DNA of 64,000 bases from an uncultured Actinomycetota bacterium (GTDB taxonomy: Bacteria > Actinomycetota > UBA4738 > HRBIN12). This document shows positions 18,661-27,890 of this stretch, piece by piece; the first letter of the stretch is position 1, and each line of letters opens with the position of its first letter. A program made the position numbers and the translations under genes. The notes beneath the pieces are model-generated. The model had not been told where the DNA came from and did no database searches. It saw nothing but the letters and a program-made list of their open reading frames with translations. Location: the NCBI GenBank assembly GCA_963750945.1, contig CAVVSH010000004.1:547678-611677 (forward strand), read 5' to 3'.

Positions 18661-19650
18661 TCAGGTACGGGCGAGCTCCCGCATCCGCGCGTAGATCTGG
18701 TCCGGCTCGGGCTCCATGAAGAAGTGCTCGAGCGGTGCGGCGAACGGCATCGCGGGGATATCCGGCCCGCCGATCCGCACGATCGGCGCGTCCAGGTCGA
18801 ACAGGGCCCGCTCGGCGATCGTCGAGGCGATCTCCGCGCCTGCCCCGTACGTCCGGTTGTCCTCGTAGACGACCATCGCCTTCGACGTCTTCCGGACGGA
18901 GTCGACGATCGTTTCGACATCGAGCGGCGCGAGTGTCCGCACGTCCACCACCTCGACGGAGACATCCTCGTCCTCCTCGAGCCGCTGGGCGGCGTCGAGG
19001 CAGAGGTGCAGGGAGTACCCGTAGCTGACACAGGTCAGGTCGTCGCCTTCGCGCTTCACATCGGCGACGCCGATCGGGGTGAGGTAGGCATCGTCGGCGA
19101 CTTCACCTTTGATCGCGCGATACGTCTTCTTGTGTTCGAGGAACAGGACAGGATCCGGGTCTTTGATCGCGCTCCGCAACAGTCCCGCGGCGTCGGCCGG
19201 CGTCGACGGCATCACGACCTTGATCCCCGGGATGTGGGCGTAGAAGGCCTCGATCGATTGCGAGTGGTACAGGGCCCCGTGGATCCCACCGCCGTAGGGT
19301 GTCCGGATCACCATCGGTACGCCGAAGTCGCCGTTCGAGCGGTACCGGAGCCGGGCGGCCTCCGAGATCACCTGGTCGAACGCGGGGTGGATGAAGTCCG
19401 CGAACTGGATCTCGGCGATCGGGAGCAGTCCGTGCAGCGCCATCCCGATCGCGATCCCGACGATGCCGGACTCGGCGAGCGGCGTGTCGATCACCCGTTG
19501 CTCGCCGAACTCCTCCATCCAGCCCTCGGAGATCCGGAAGACGCCGCCGCGGATGCCCACGTCCTCACCCAGGAGGACGATCCGCTCGTCGTTCGCCATC
19601 TCGTCGTGCAGCGCGTCGCGGATCGCGGTCACCACGTTCTTCTCGGTCAC
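18661..19650 (-). CDS. 2-oxoacid dehydrogenase E1 component, beta subunit (set 2; pyruvate/branched-chain type)
   Basis: GTG start with a GGAGGAAGAG SD; the NVVTAIRDALHDEM...GEDVG...RVIDTPLAE family pattern; 329 aa. Confidence 0.85.
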   Translation of the reverse strand: MTEKNVVTAIRDALHDEMANDERIVLLGEDVGIRGGVFRISEGWMEEFGEQRVIDTPLAESGIVGIAIGMALHGLLPIAEIQFADFIHPAFDQVISEAARLRYRSNGDFGVPMVIRTPYGGGIHGALYHSQSIEAFYAHIPGIKVVMPSTPADAAGLLRSAIKDPDPVLFLEHKKTYRAIKGEVADDAYLTPIGVADVKREGDDLTCVSYGYSLHLCLDAAQRLEEDEDVSVEVVDVRTLAPLDVETIVDSVRKTSKAMVVYEDNRTYGAGAEIASTIAERALFDLDAPIVRIGGPDIPAMPFAAPLEHFFMEPEPDQIYARMRELART

Positions 19651-20660
19651 GGCTCTTCCTCCTGGAAGACGTGGCGGAGGGCCGTGTCGGGATCGGGGTC
19701 GGGAGCGTCCCAGGCCGCCTTGATCGCCTCTTCGATCTCCTCCTTGGTCTCCGCGCGGAGCGTCTCGTCCTTCTCGTCGTCGAGGAGATCGTGCTGTCGG
19801 AGGTATGCGCCGAACCGGACCAGCGGATCGTTGGCCCGCGCCTCCTCGACCTCTTCCCGACTCCGGTAGGACTTGTCGTCGTCGTCCGAGGTGTGCGGCA
19901 TGAACCGGTACGTCTTGCATTCGATCAGCGTCGGACCCTCCCCGGCTCGCGCCCGCTCGTGAGCCGTCTTCATCGCCCCGTAGCAGGCGAGCACGTCGTT
20001 CCCGTCGATGACGACCCCGGGGAAGCCGTACCCCTCCGCGCGAGAGGCCACGTCCGTGATGGCCATCTGCTTCGACTGGGGGACGCTGATCGCGTACTGG
20101 TTGTTCTCGCAGACGAAGATCACGGGGAGCCGGTGGATCCCGCTGAAGTTGAGCCCCTCGTGCCAATCGCCTTCGCTCGTGGCTCCGTCACCGAACCAGC
20201 AGCCGACGACGGTGTCCTCGCCGCGGTACCGCGCGGCGAACGCGATGCCGGCCGCATGCGGCACCTGGGTCGCGATCGGCGACGATCCGCTGATGATGCT
20301 CAGCCGCCTCGACCCCCAGTGCGCGGGCATCTGGCGGCCTCCCGAGGAGGGGTCGTCGGCCTTGGCGAACACCCCGAGGAAGACCTCGTAGGGCGTCATG
20401 CCGGCAGTGAGGACGACGCCCAGGTCTCGGTAGTAGGGGAGCCAGATGTCGGTGCCGCGCCGCATCGCCCACGCGGTGCCGATCTGGCATCCTTCGTGGC
20501 CCGCCGCCGGCACGACGAACGGCGCGCGGCCCATCCGGTTCTGCCGGAGAGCCGCTTCATCGAGCAACCGCGACGTGAGGAGCAGGCGATACATCCTCAG
20601 GAGGTCGTCGTCGGAAAGTCCGAGCGCGCTGTGTGGTGTCTCGGCTACCCGGGTGGACAC
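19647..20660 (-). CDS. 2-oxoacid dehydrogenase E1 component, alpha subunit (set 2)
   Basis: TPP-binding GDG...EG...NN region (GCWFGDGATSEGDWHEGLNFSGIHRLPVIFVCENNQYAIS). The GTG at 20660 has an AGGAGA SD; ATG 20723 is an alternative. The stop overlaps the E1beta start (GTGA). Confidence 0.8.
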   Translation of the reverse strand: MSTRVAETPHSALGLSDDDLLRMYRLLLTSRLLDEAALRQNRMGRAPFVVPAAGHEGCQIGTAWAMRRGTDIWLPYYRDLGVVLTAGMTPYEVFLGVFAKADDPSSGGRQMPAHWGSRRLSIISGSSPIATQVPHAAGIAFAARYRGEDTVVGCWFGDGATSEGDWHEGLNFSGIHRLPVIFVCENNQYAISVPQSKQMAITDVASRAEGYGFPGVVIDGNDVLACYGAMKTAHERARAGEGPTLIECKTYRFMPHTSDDDDKSYRSREEVEEARANDPLVRFGAYLRQHDLLDDEKDETLRAETKEEIEEAIKAAWDAPDPDPDTALRHVFQEEEP

Positions 20661-20816
20661 ACCGTCTCTCCTCGCACCGTCTTCGCAGGATAACAGCGGC
20701 ATTCTCAGTCGCGGTCGGGTCATCGGAACAGCGGGGACCCCCCGTGCGTTGTCACGGGCGAGGTCGTCGTCGAGACTGACCGAGTAGCCGCGAGACGTGA
20801 GGAGCAGGAAGGCAGC

Positions 20817-21608
20817 ATGGCAACGTCACCCAACGTCGTAGAGGTCACCGACCAGAACTTCGAGGAAGTCGTCGTCCAGGGCTCCAAAGATCGGCCCGTC
20901 GTGGTCGACATGTGGGCTGAGTGGTGCGGCCCCTGCCGCCAGCTGACGCCGACGCTCGAGAAGGTCGCCGACGAGCGTGCGGGCGCCTTCCTCCTGGCGA
21001 AGCTCGACACGGACGCCAACCCGATGACCGCGACGGCGTTCGGCGTGCAGAGCATCCCGACCGTGATCGCGTTCAAGGACGGCGAGGCGGTGACCGGCTT
21101 CATCGGGGCCTACCCCGAGCCGGAGGTCAACAAGTTCATCGACACCATCCTGCCGACCGAGGCCGAGAAGAAGGCCGAGGAGGCTCGCTCCGTGGAGGAA
21201 TCCGGCGACCTCGACACCGCCGAGGAGCGGTACCGGCAGGTGCTCGAGGACGATCCCGAGAACCGCGAGGCAGCGGTCGGGCTCGCCCGGATCCTGTTGG
21301 AGCGGGGCGAGCTCGACGAGGCCGACCGGCTCGTGGCGAAGCACCGCCCGGACCCCGAGGCGGAGAAAGTCATCGCGACGACGACCCTGCGGAGATGGGC
21401 GAACATCTCGGAGGACGGCACCTTGGGGAAGGCGAAGGGCCTGGTCGCCTCGGGGGATGTCATCGGAGGGCTCGCCGGCATGCTGCAGGCCCTCGCCGAC
21501 GATCGTGACGCGGCGAGGGACGCGATGATCACCGTGTTCACCGCGGTCGGCGACGAGGATCCGCTCGTCCAGGAGTACCGACGGCTCCTGTCCGCCGCGT
21601 TGTTCTGA
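20817..21608 (+). CDS. Thioredoxin-domain protein with a C-terminal TPR-like helical domain (YbbN/CnoX-like)
   Basis: WCGPC active site at residues about 34-38 followed by a roughly 150-aa helical region. Confidence 0.75.
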   Translation: MATSPNVVEVTDQNFEEVVVQGSKDRPVVVDMWAEWCGPCRQLTPTLEKVADERAGAFLLAKLDTDANPMTATAFGVQSIPTVIAFKDGEAVTGFIGAYPEPEVNKFIDTILPTEAEKKAEEARSVEESGDLDTAEERYRQVLEDDPENREAAVGLARILLERGELDEADRLVAKHRPDPEAEKVIATTTLRRWANISEDGTLGKAKGLVASGDVIGGLAGMLQALADDRDAARDAMITVFTAVGDEDPLVQEYRRLLSAALF

Positions 21609-21610
21609 CC

Positions 21611-22117
21611 TCAGCGGTCAAGCTTCAAGCGCAGCTCCTCGACGCCGCCGGCGTCGGCCGGCGACGTGGAGGTCCTCTCGAAGCCGCACTTCTCGAGGAC
21701 GCGGATCGACCCGAGGTTGTGGGCGGCGACATGTGCATGCAGCGGTCGCGTCTCCAGTTCGGAGAGGAACGCGGACAGCGCTCCCGTGGCGATGCCTCTG
21801 CCCCAGTGCTCCCTGCCGATCCAGTACCCGACGTCGCGCTCCTCGTCGTGCTCCCAGCTCACGATGTTCCCTGCGACGAGGCCCTCGAACTCGACGGTCC
21901 TGACCACGACGGTCTCGTCGCGGAGGATCTTCGTCCAGTGCGCCATGAACGCGTCGCGGTCGCGGGCGTCGAAGTTCGCCATCCGGTTCGCGTCGGGATC
22001 CTGCTGGTGGTCGAAGAAGATCGCGAGGTCGTCGTCGCGCACGTCCCTGAGCCGAACGTCGGCGCTACCCACGGGCGCTAGACCGCGGTCGGCTGCGGGA
22101 CGTCGATGCCGGGCCAT
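21611..22117 (-). CDS. GNAT-family N-acetyltransferase
   Basis: Acetyl-CoA-binding motif region (...WIGREHWGRGIATGA...). The ATG 22117 start overlaps lipB by 40 nt; GTG 22072 is an alternative start. Confidence 0.6.
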   Translation of the reverse strand: MARHRRPAADRGLAPVGSADVRLRDVRDDDLAIFFDHQQDPDANRMANFDARDRDAFMAHWTKILRDETVVVRTVEFEGLVAGNIVSWEHDEERDVGYWIGREHWGRGIATGALSAFLSELETRPLHAHVAAHNLGSIRVLEKCGFERTSTSPADAGGVEELRLKLDR

Positions 22118-22776
22118 CGCGCGTCACGGAACGTGAGCTCGAAGACCTCGGCCAGGTGGTGCGCCAGGGCGGGACGGACCTCCTCGACGGTCATCGGTCG
22201 GCCGGCGAGCCGGCTGAGCGATGTGACGCCGTGGCTCGGGAGTCCGCAGGCGACGATGCCGTCCCACCACGACAGGTCGGGGTCGCAGTTGAGCGCGAAG
22301 CCGTGCAAGGTGACGCGGGCGCGCATCAGACGGACGCCGATCGCGCACACCTTGTCGTCGCCGTGCCACACGCCGGTCTGCACGTCCTCGCGTCGATGCA
22401 GCGCGACGCCGAACTCCTCCGCGGTCCGGATCACCGCCTCCTCCATCCGGCGGAGGTGGGTGGCGGCGTCGGGCTTGGGACCCAGGTCGATGATCGGATA
22501 GCCCACGATCTGGCCGGGCCCGTGGAACGTGAATGCCCCTCCGCGGTCGATCCGATGGACCTCGGCGCCGCGCGCGGCCACCTCGTCGGGTGACCACAGG
22601 AGCTCGTCGGGCCGCGCGCGGCGCCCCGCCGTGAACACCGGGGGGTGCTCGACCAGGATCACGGTGTCGGGAACCTCACCCGCCAGCCTCCGCTCCGCGA
22701 GCAGATGCATCGCCTCGTTCGCCGGCCCGTAGGGGACCGGCCCCTCGGGCCGGATCAGGTGCGCGTCCCGGGTCAT
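22078..22776 (-). CDS. lipB: Lipoyl(octanoyl) transferase
   Basis: 232 aa with FTAGRR, RGGAFTFHGPGQIVGYPI and KVCAIGVRL motifs. Lies 10 nt downstream of the E2 gene. Confidence 0.85.
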   Translation of the reverse strand: MTRDAHLIRPEGPVPYGPANEAMHLLAERRLAGEVPDTVILVEHPPVFTAGRRARPDELLWSPDEVAARGAEVHRIDRGGAFTFHGPGQIVGYPIIDLGPKPDAATHLRRMEEAVIRTAEEFGVALHRREDVQTGVWHGDDKVCAIGVRLMRARVTLHGFALNCDPDLSWWDGIVACGLPSHGVTSLSRLAGRPMTVEEVRPALAHHLAEVFELTFRDARWPGIDVPQPTAV

Positions 22777-22786
22777 CGCGTCCCCG

Positions 22787-24322
22787 TCAGACGGCGACGT
22801 CCTCGGCGAAGTCCCAGCTCTCGAGGTTCTGCTTCACCCGTGCCAGGAACCGGGTGGCGATCTCGCCGTCGATCGTGCGGTGGTCCCACGACATCGAGAT
22901 GTTCACCATCGAGCGGATCGCGATCGTGTCGTCGATCACGACCGCCCGCTTCTGGATCGCGTCGAGGGACAGGATGCCGGTGTTGGGCTGGTTGATGATC
23001 GGGAGGCTCGCGATCGAGCCGTACGGGCCGGGATTGGTGATCGTGAACGTGGAGCCCTGGATCTCGTCCGGCTTCAACTGATGCGCTCTCGCTCTTCCGG
23101 CGAGATCGGCGATCGCGCGCGCGAGACCGACCGTGTTCATCGCGTCCGCGCCCTTGATCACGGGAACGATGAGCCCGGCGTCGTAGGAGACCGCGATGCC
23201 CATGTTCACGTAGCGGTGCCGGACGATCTCGTCCCCGCGGAGCTCCGAGTTGACCTCGGGATGGGTGAGGAGCGCGTCGCACGTCGCTCGGATCACGAAC
23301 GGCAGGTACGTGAGGTTGACCCCGTGCTTGGCCTTGAACGCCTCCTTCGCCCGCTCCCGGAGCTTCACCAGATGGTCGATGTTGACCTCGACCATCGTCC
23401 AGGCGCGCGCCGAGGTCTCGAGCGAGGCGAGCATGTGCTGTCCGATCAGCTTCCGGATGTGCGAGATGGGCACGACCTCGTCGCCGGGTCCCCCGACCGC
23501 CGGTTGGACGGGGGCGGCCGTCGGCACCTGGGGTGCCTGAGAAGGAGCGGGTGCCGGGACCTCCGCAGGTGCGGGCGCCGTCGCCGGTGCTGCTGCGGCC
23601 GCCGCGGGCGCTGCCACTGCGCCGCCGGAGTCGATCGCCGCCATCACGTCCTGCTTGGTGATGCGTCCCCCGGTCCCCGAGCCCTCGATCCGCGAGAGGT
23701 CCAGGCCGTGCTCGTCCGCGAGCCGACGCACGAGGGGGGAGAGGATCCTCGATCTGGGCCCGCGGTCGGGCAACGCTTCCGATCCGGTATCGGCGGCGGA
23801 CTCAGGCGAGGTCGCGCTCGCAGCGGTCGCCTCGGCTCCCTGCGGCGTCGCCGGCTCCACGGCGGGCATCTCCGCGGCCGAGCCCTCCGCGACGGCCGAC
23901 GCGCTCTCCGCTTCGGCAGGCGCCGCAGCTGTCGATGAGGGCGCTGCAGCTGTCGAAGGCGCCGGAGCCGCCTCCGAGGGGGGCTCGGTGCCCGCCGTGG
24001 TCCCGGATGAGGCTTCCTCAGCAGTGGGCGCTGGCCCCCCGACAGGGGCGGCTTCGGCGCCACCCCCACCGGTCGCTTCCTCCGCGCCCTCCTCCGCGAT
24101 CTCCGCGAGGTCGGTGCCGACGGGCACGGTCTGTCCCTCCTCGACCAGGATCTTCGAGACGGTGCCGTTAACCGGTGAGGGGACCTCCGTGTCGACCTTG
24201 TCGGTGGAGATCTCGAAGAGCGACTCGTCGCGCTCGACGTTCTCGCCTTCCTGCTTCAGCCACTTCAGGATCGTGCCTTCGACGATCGTCTCGCCGAGCT
24301 GGGGCATCTTGATCGTGGTCAT
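22787..24322 (-). CDS. Dihydrolipoamide acyltransferase (E2) of a 2-oxoacid dehydrogenase complex
   Basis: An N-terminal lipoyl domain (EISTDKVDTEVPSP), Ala/Pro-rich linkers, a peripheral subunit-binding domain and a C-terminal catalytic domain (...DHRTIDGE...); 511 aa. Confidence 0.9.
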   Translation of the reverse strand: MTTIKMPQLGETIVEGTILKWLKQEGENVERDESLFEISTDKVDTEVPSPVNGTVSKILVEEGQTVPVGTDLAEIAEEGAEEATGGGGAEAAPVGGPAPTAEEASSGTTAGTEPPSEAAPAPSTAAAPSSTAAAPAEAESASAVAEGSAAEMPAVEPATPQGAEATAASATSPESAADTGSEALPDRGPRSRILSPLVRRLADEHGLDLSRIEGSGTGGRITKQDVMAAIDSGGAVAAPAAAAAAPATAPAPAEVPAPAPSQAPQVPTAAPVQPAVGGPGDEVVPISHIRKLIGQHMLASLETSARAWTMVEVNIDHLVKLRERAKEAFKAKHGVNLTYLPFVIRATCDALLTHPEVNSELRGDEIVRHRYVNMGIAVSYDAGLIVPVIKGADAMNTVGLARAIADLAGRARAHQLKPDEIQGSTFTITNPGPYGSIASLPIINQPNTGILSLDAIQKRAVVIDDTIAIRSMVNISMSWDHRTIDGEIATRFLARVKQNLESWDFAEDVAV

Positions 24323-24332
24323 CGGGATCTCC

Positions 24333-25382
24333 TCACCAGGCCGAGAGCTTCTTCACCTCAGCGACGATGTCGCCGACCCCGGGCAGGAACGCATCCTCGA
24401 GCGTCGGGGAGAACGGCACGGGGACGTTGGGCGGCGACAGCCGGACGACGGGGGCATCGAGATGCTCGAACGCCTTCTCGGCGATCGTGGAGGCGACCTC
24501 CGCAGCGATCCCGACGAATCGGTAGGACTCGGAAAGCACGAGGGCTCGAGAGGTCTTCTCGATCGAGCGCAGGACGGTTTCCTCGTCCATCGGATAGACG
24601 GTGCGGAGGTCGACGATCTCCGTCGAGATCCCTTCGGCCTCCAGGGCCTGCGCGGCCTCGAGGGCCCGGTGGACCATCGCTCCGTACGTGATGATCGAGA
24701 CGTCGTCGCCCTCGCGCTTGACGTCGGCCACGCTGATCGGGATCAGGAAGTCCGGATCCTCGGGCACCTGCTCGCGGATCCGCCGGTAGATCCACTTGTG
24801 CTCCAGGAACATCACGGGGTTGTCGTCGCGGATCGCGGATTTCATCAAGCCCTTGGCGTCGGCGGGGAAGGCCGGCGCGATCACCTTGATCCCGCCGGCG
24901 TGCGAGAACCACGGCTCGGGGTTGATCGAGTGGAACGAGGATGCGCGAACCATGCCGCCGGAGGGACCGCGGAGCACCACCGGGAGCGGAACCCCGCTCC
25001 GGTAGTGGACCCGGGCGAGGGCGGTCGAGATCATGTCGAACCCGCTCGACATGAAGTCGGCGTACTGGAACTCGGCGATCGGGCGGAAGCCCTCCATGGC
25101 CGAGCCGATCGCCATCCCCACGATCGTCTCCTCGGCGATGGGCGTGTCCATCACCCGGTCGCCGCCGAAGCGCTCGAAGAACCCCTCGGTGACCTTGAAC
25201 GCGCCCCCGTAGACGCCGATGTCCTCGCCCATCATGTAGACGCGTTCGTCGCGCTCCATCTCTTCCCAGAGCGCTTCCGCGATCGCCACGAGGTAGGTAG
25301 CTTGGCCATCCTCGGTGCGCTTGCCGCGCGGCTCCGCACCATGACCAGCGGCACCTGCTTCAACCGTCGCAGTCTCTGCCAT
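24333..25382 (-). CDS. 2-oxoacid dehydrogenase E1 beta subunit (set 1)
   Basis: 349 aa. The start overlaps the E1alpha stop (ATGA). Conserved transketolase-like Pyr and C-terminal domains. Confidence 0.85.
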   Translation of the reverse strand: MAETATVEAGAAGHGAEPRGKRTEDGQATYLVAIAEALWEEMERDERVYMMGEDIGVYGGAFKVTEGFFERFGGDRVMDTPIAEETIVGMAIGSAMEGFRPIAEFQYADFMSSGFDMISTALARVHYRSGVPLPVVLRGPSGGMVRASSFHSINPEPWFSHAGGIKVIAPAFPADAKGLMKSAIRDDNPVMFLEHKWIYRRIREQVPEDPDFLIPISVADVKREGDDVSIITYGAMVHRALEAAQALEAEGISTEIVDLRTVYPMDEETVLRSIEKTSRALVLSESYRFVGIAAEVASTIAEKAFEHLDAPVVRLSPPNVPVPFSPTLEDAFLPGVGDIVAEVKKLSAW

Positions 25383-26446
25383 CAGGCGTACTCCGTGGGT
25401 CCGCCGCGCCCGGGCTCGTTCGTCCAGTACCCGTCCTCGACCCACAGGCCCTTCGTGTAGTCCTCGGGCTCGGGGAACGGTGAGGCCTGGGCGAACTCGT
25501 AGCCCTCGTCGAACTCCTTCTCGATCCGAGCCTGGATGTCCGCGACGTCCTGCTCGGTGACGACGCCTTCGGAGAGGAGGCGTTGCTCGAAGTTCTTCAC
25601 CGGGTCCTTGTTCTTCATGTACTCCTCGAGGAGCTCCTTGGGCACGTACTTGGCAGGGTCGTGACCGGCATGACCCTTCCATCGGAGCGAGACCGATTCG
25701 ATCAGCGAGGGGCCACCGCCTGAGCGGGCCCGCTCCACGGCCTCACGCGCCGCGGCCTCCACGGCCAGCACGTCGGCTCCGTCCACGCGCACACCGGGCA
25801 TCCCGTAGGCCGCGGCGCGCTCGGCGATCGTCGGCACAGGGAACTCGAGCTCGTTCGGCGTGGAGTAGGCATAGAGGTTGTTGTTGACCACCCAGACGAC
25901 GGGCAGCTTCGCGATCGCCGACATGTTGAGCGACTCGTGCCAGCGTCCGTTGGAGGTGGAGCCGTCGCCGCAGATCGCCATGGCGACGTTCGACTCACCC
26001 CGGCGCTTGTAGGCGAGTGCGGCGCCACACGCGACGGGATAGGCGATCGGCAGGTGCGACATGACGGTCCACGTCTTGTTCCCGTACCAGTCGCCGATGT
26101 GGCTGTTCCCGTCACGTCCGCGCGTGTAGCCGTCGATCCGCCCCCAGAACTGCGCCATGATCCGCTTCAGGTCGAGCCCCTTCGCGATCTGCGCGGAGAG
26201 GTCGCGATGCGTGGGGAAGAGCGAGTCCTCGGGACGGAGCGGGAGCACGACACCGATGTGCGTTCCCTCCTGTCCGCGCCCGGAGTAGATCGCGCCCGGG
26301 AGGCGCCCCTGGCGGTACAACGCCTCCATCCGCTCGTCGAAGTAGCGGCAGAGCTTCAGGAGATAGAGGGCTCGTTTCAGCTCGTCGTCGGGGAGCCGCC
26401 CACCGGTCTTCTGCTGTTCGCCCTGACGGGTCTTGGTCGTCGCCAC
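25382..26446 (-). CDS. 2-oxoacid dehydrogenase E1 alpha subunit (set 1)
   Basis: GTG start with a GAGGAG SD; the TPP motif GDGSTSNGRWHESLNMSAIAKLPVVWVVNNNLYAYS; 354 aa. The N-terminal part of the raw ORF is spurious. Confidence 0.8.
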   Translation of the reverse strand: MATTKTRQGEQQKTGGRLPDDELKRALYLLKLCRYFDERMEALYRQGRLPGAIYSGRGQEGTHIGVVLPLRPEDSLFPTHRDLSAQIAKGLDLKRIMAQFWGRIDGYTRGRDGNSHIGDWYGNKTWTVMSHLPIAYPVACGAALAYKRRGESNVAMAICGDGSTSNGRWHESLNMSAIAKLPVVWVVNNNLYAYSTPNELEFPVPTIAERAAAYGMPGVRVDGADVLAVEAAAREAVERARSGGGPSLIESVSLRWKGHAGHDPAKYVPKELLEEYMKNKDPVKNFEQRLLSEGVVTEQDVADIQARIEKEFDEGYEFAQASPFPEPEDYTKGLWVEDGYWTNEPGRGGPTEYA

Positions 26447-26454
26447 TCGGCTCC

Positions 26455-27837
26455 TCAGGCTGTGTGCAGGGGTTTGCCGGCCAAGGCGAGATGCGCCTCG
26501 CCGATCCCCTCGGACAGGGACGGGTGGGGATGCATGAGTGCGGCGACCTCCGCCGGCACGGCTTCCCAGTTCGTGATGAGCATCGCCTCGGCGATCAGGT
26601 CCGTCACGTGAGGACCGATCATGTGGACCCCCAGGACGGGTCCTCCTCCCTGATCGCTCACCACCTTGACGAAGCCTCCTTCGCCGAGGATGTTGGCCTT
26701 GCCGATCCCCCTGAAGTCCAGATGCTCCGTCGCCAGCTTGTGACCGAGGTCCTTGGCTTGCGTGGCCGTGAGGCCGACGCTCGCGATCTCGGGGGTGCAG
26801 TACGTGACCCGTGGGATGTTGACGTAGTCGATGTCCGGCACGGTCTCGCCGGCGATCCGTTCGGCGACCGCGTAGCCCTCGGTGAACGCGACATGCGCCA
26901 GCTGGAGTGGCGTCGCCGCCACGTCTCCCACCGCCCACACGTGCTCCACGTTGGTCCGTAGCTGGCCGTCCACGTTCACGAAACCCTTCTCGTGGATCGA
27001 AACGCCCGCCTCCTCGAGGCCGAGCCCCTCGGTGACCGGTCCGCGCCCGATCGCGACGAGGCAGACGTCGGCGGTGACCTTGTCCGCCTTGCCCTCCGCC
27101 TCGAACGTGATGTCGACCGCCTCGCCCGTGTCGCTGACATCTTTCACCGATGCGCCGGCCGCGGTCGTGATCTTCCGCCGGCGGAACGCCTTCGCGATCT
27201 CCGCCGAGATGTCCTCGTCCTCGAGTGGTGCCAGCCGGGGAAGCGCCTCCAACACGGTGACCTCGGCGCCGAGGGACCGATAGAGCGACGCGAACTCGAG
27301 GCCCACGGCTCCGGCGCCGATCACGACCGCGGAGCTCGGGATCCTGTCGTACCTGAGGGCTTCGTCGCTCGTGATGATCCGCTCGGTCAACTCGAGTCCC
27401 GGGAGCAGCCTCGGACGCGATCCGCTCGCGATCACGACGTCGCCCGCGTCGACCTTCGACCCGTCGACCTCGACGGCCGGTCCCGCCAGGAGCTTGGCGG
27501 TCCCCTTGAGCACGGCGATGCCGCGCGCCTTGATGAGACCGGTGACGCCCTTGACGAGCTTGTCGACGATCTTGTCCTCGAACGCCAGGACGGCCGACCA
27601 GTCGGGGTCACCGGAGGCTTTGATGCCCCACTCCTGGGCGCGGTTCACCGTGTCCATCACCGCGGCCGACTGCAGCAGTGCCTTGGTCGGGATGCAGCCA
27701 CGCAGGAGGCAGGTACCGCCCAGTCGATCGTCGCGTTCGACGATGGCTACGCGCTTGCCCAGCTGTGCCGCCCTGAGAGCCGTGGAGTAGCCGCCGGTGC
27801 CGGCGCCGACCACGACGACATCGTACGAGTCCGCCAT
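26455..27837 (-). CDS. lpd: Dihydrolipoyl dehydrogenase (E3)
   Basis: FAD-binding GxGxxG (VVVGAGTGG), redox-active GGTCLLRGCIPTK and a C-terminal HPHPSLSE dimerisation motif; 460 aa. Confidence 0.9.
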   Translation of the reverse strand: MADSYDVVVVGAGTGGYSTALRAAQLGKRVAIVERDDRLGGTCLLRGCIPTKALLQSAAVMDTVNRAQEWGIKASGDPDWSAVLAFEDKIVDKLVKGVTGLIKARGIAVLKGTAKLLAGPAVEVDGSKVDAGDVVIASGSRPRLLPGLELTERIITSDEALRYDRIPSSAVVIGAGAVGLEFASLYRSLGAEVTVLEALPRLAPLEDEDISAEIAKAFRRRKITTAAGASVKDVSDTGEAVDITFEAEGKADKVTADVCLVAIGRGPVTEGLGLEEAGVSIHEKGFVNVDGQLRTNVEHVWAVGDVAATPLQLAHVAFTEGYAVAERIAGETVPDIDYVNIPRVTYCTPEIASVGLTATQAKDLGHKLATEHLDFRGIGKANILGEGGFVKVVSDQGGGPVLGVHMIGPHVTDLIAEAMLITNWEAVPAEVAALMHPHPSLSEGIGEAHLALAGKPLHTA

Positions 27838-27890
27838 CGAGCGCCGAGTCTACTCGGCATCTCCGGTACGGCCTCACGCGATCCGCGGCG

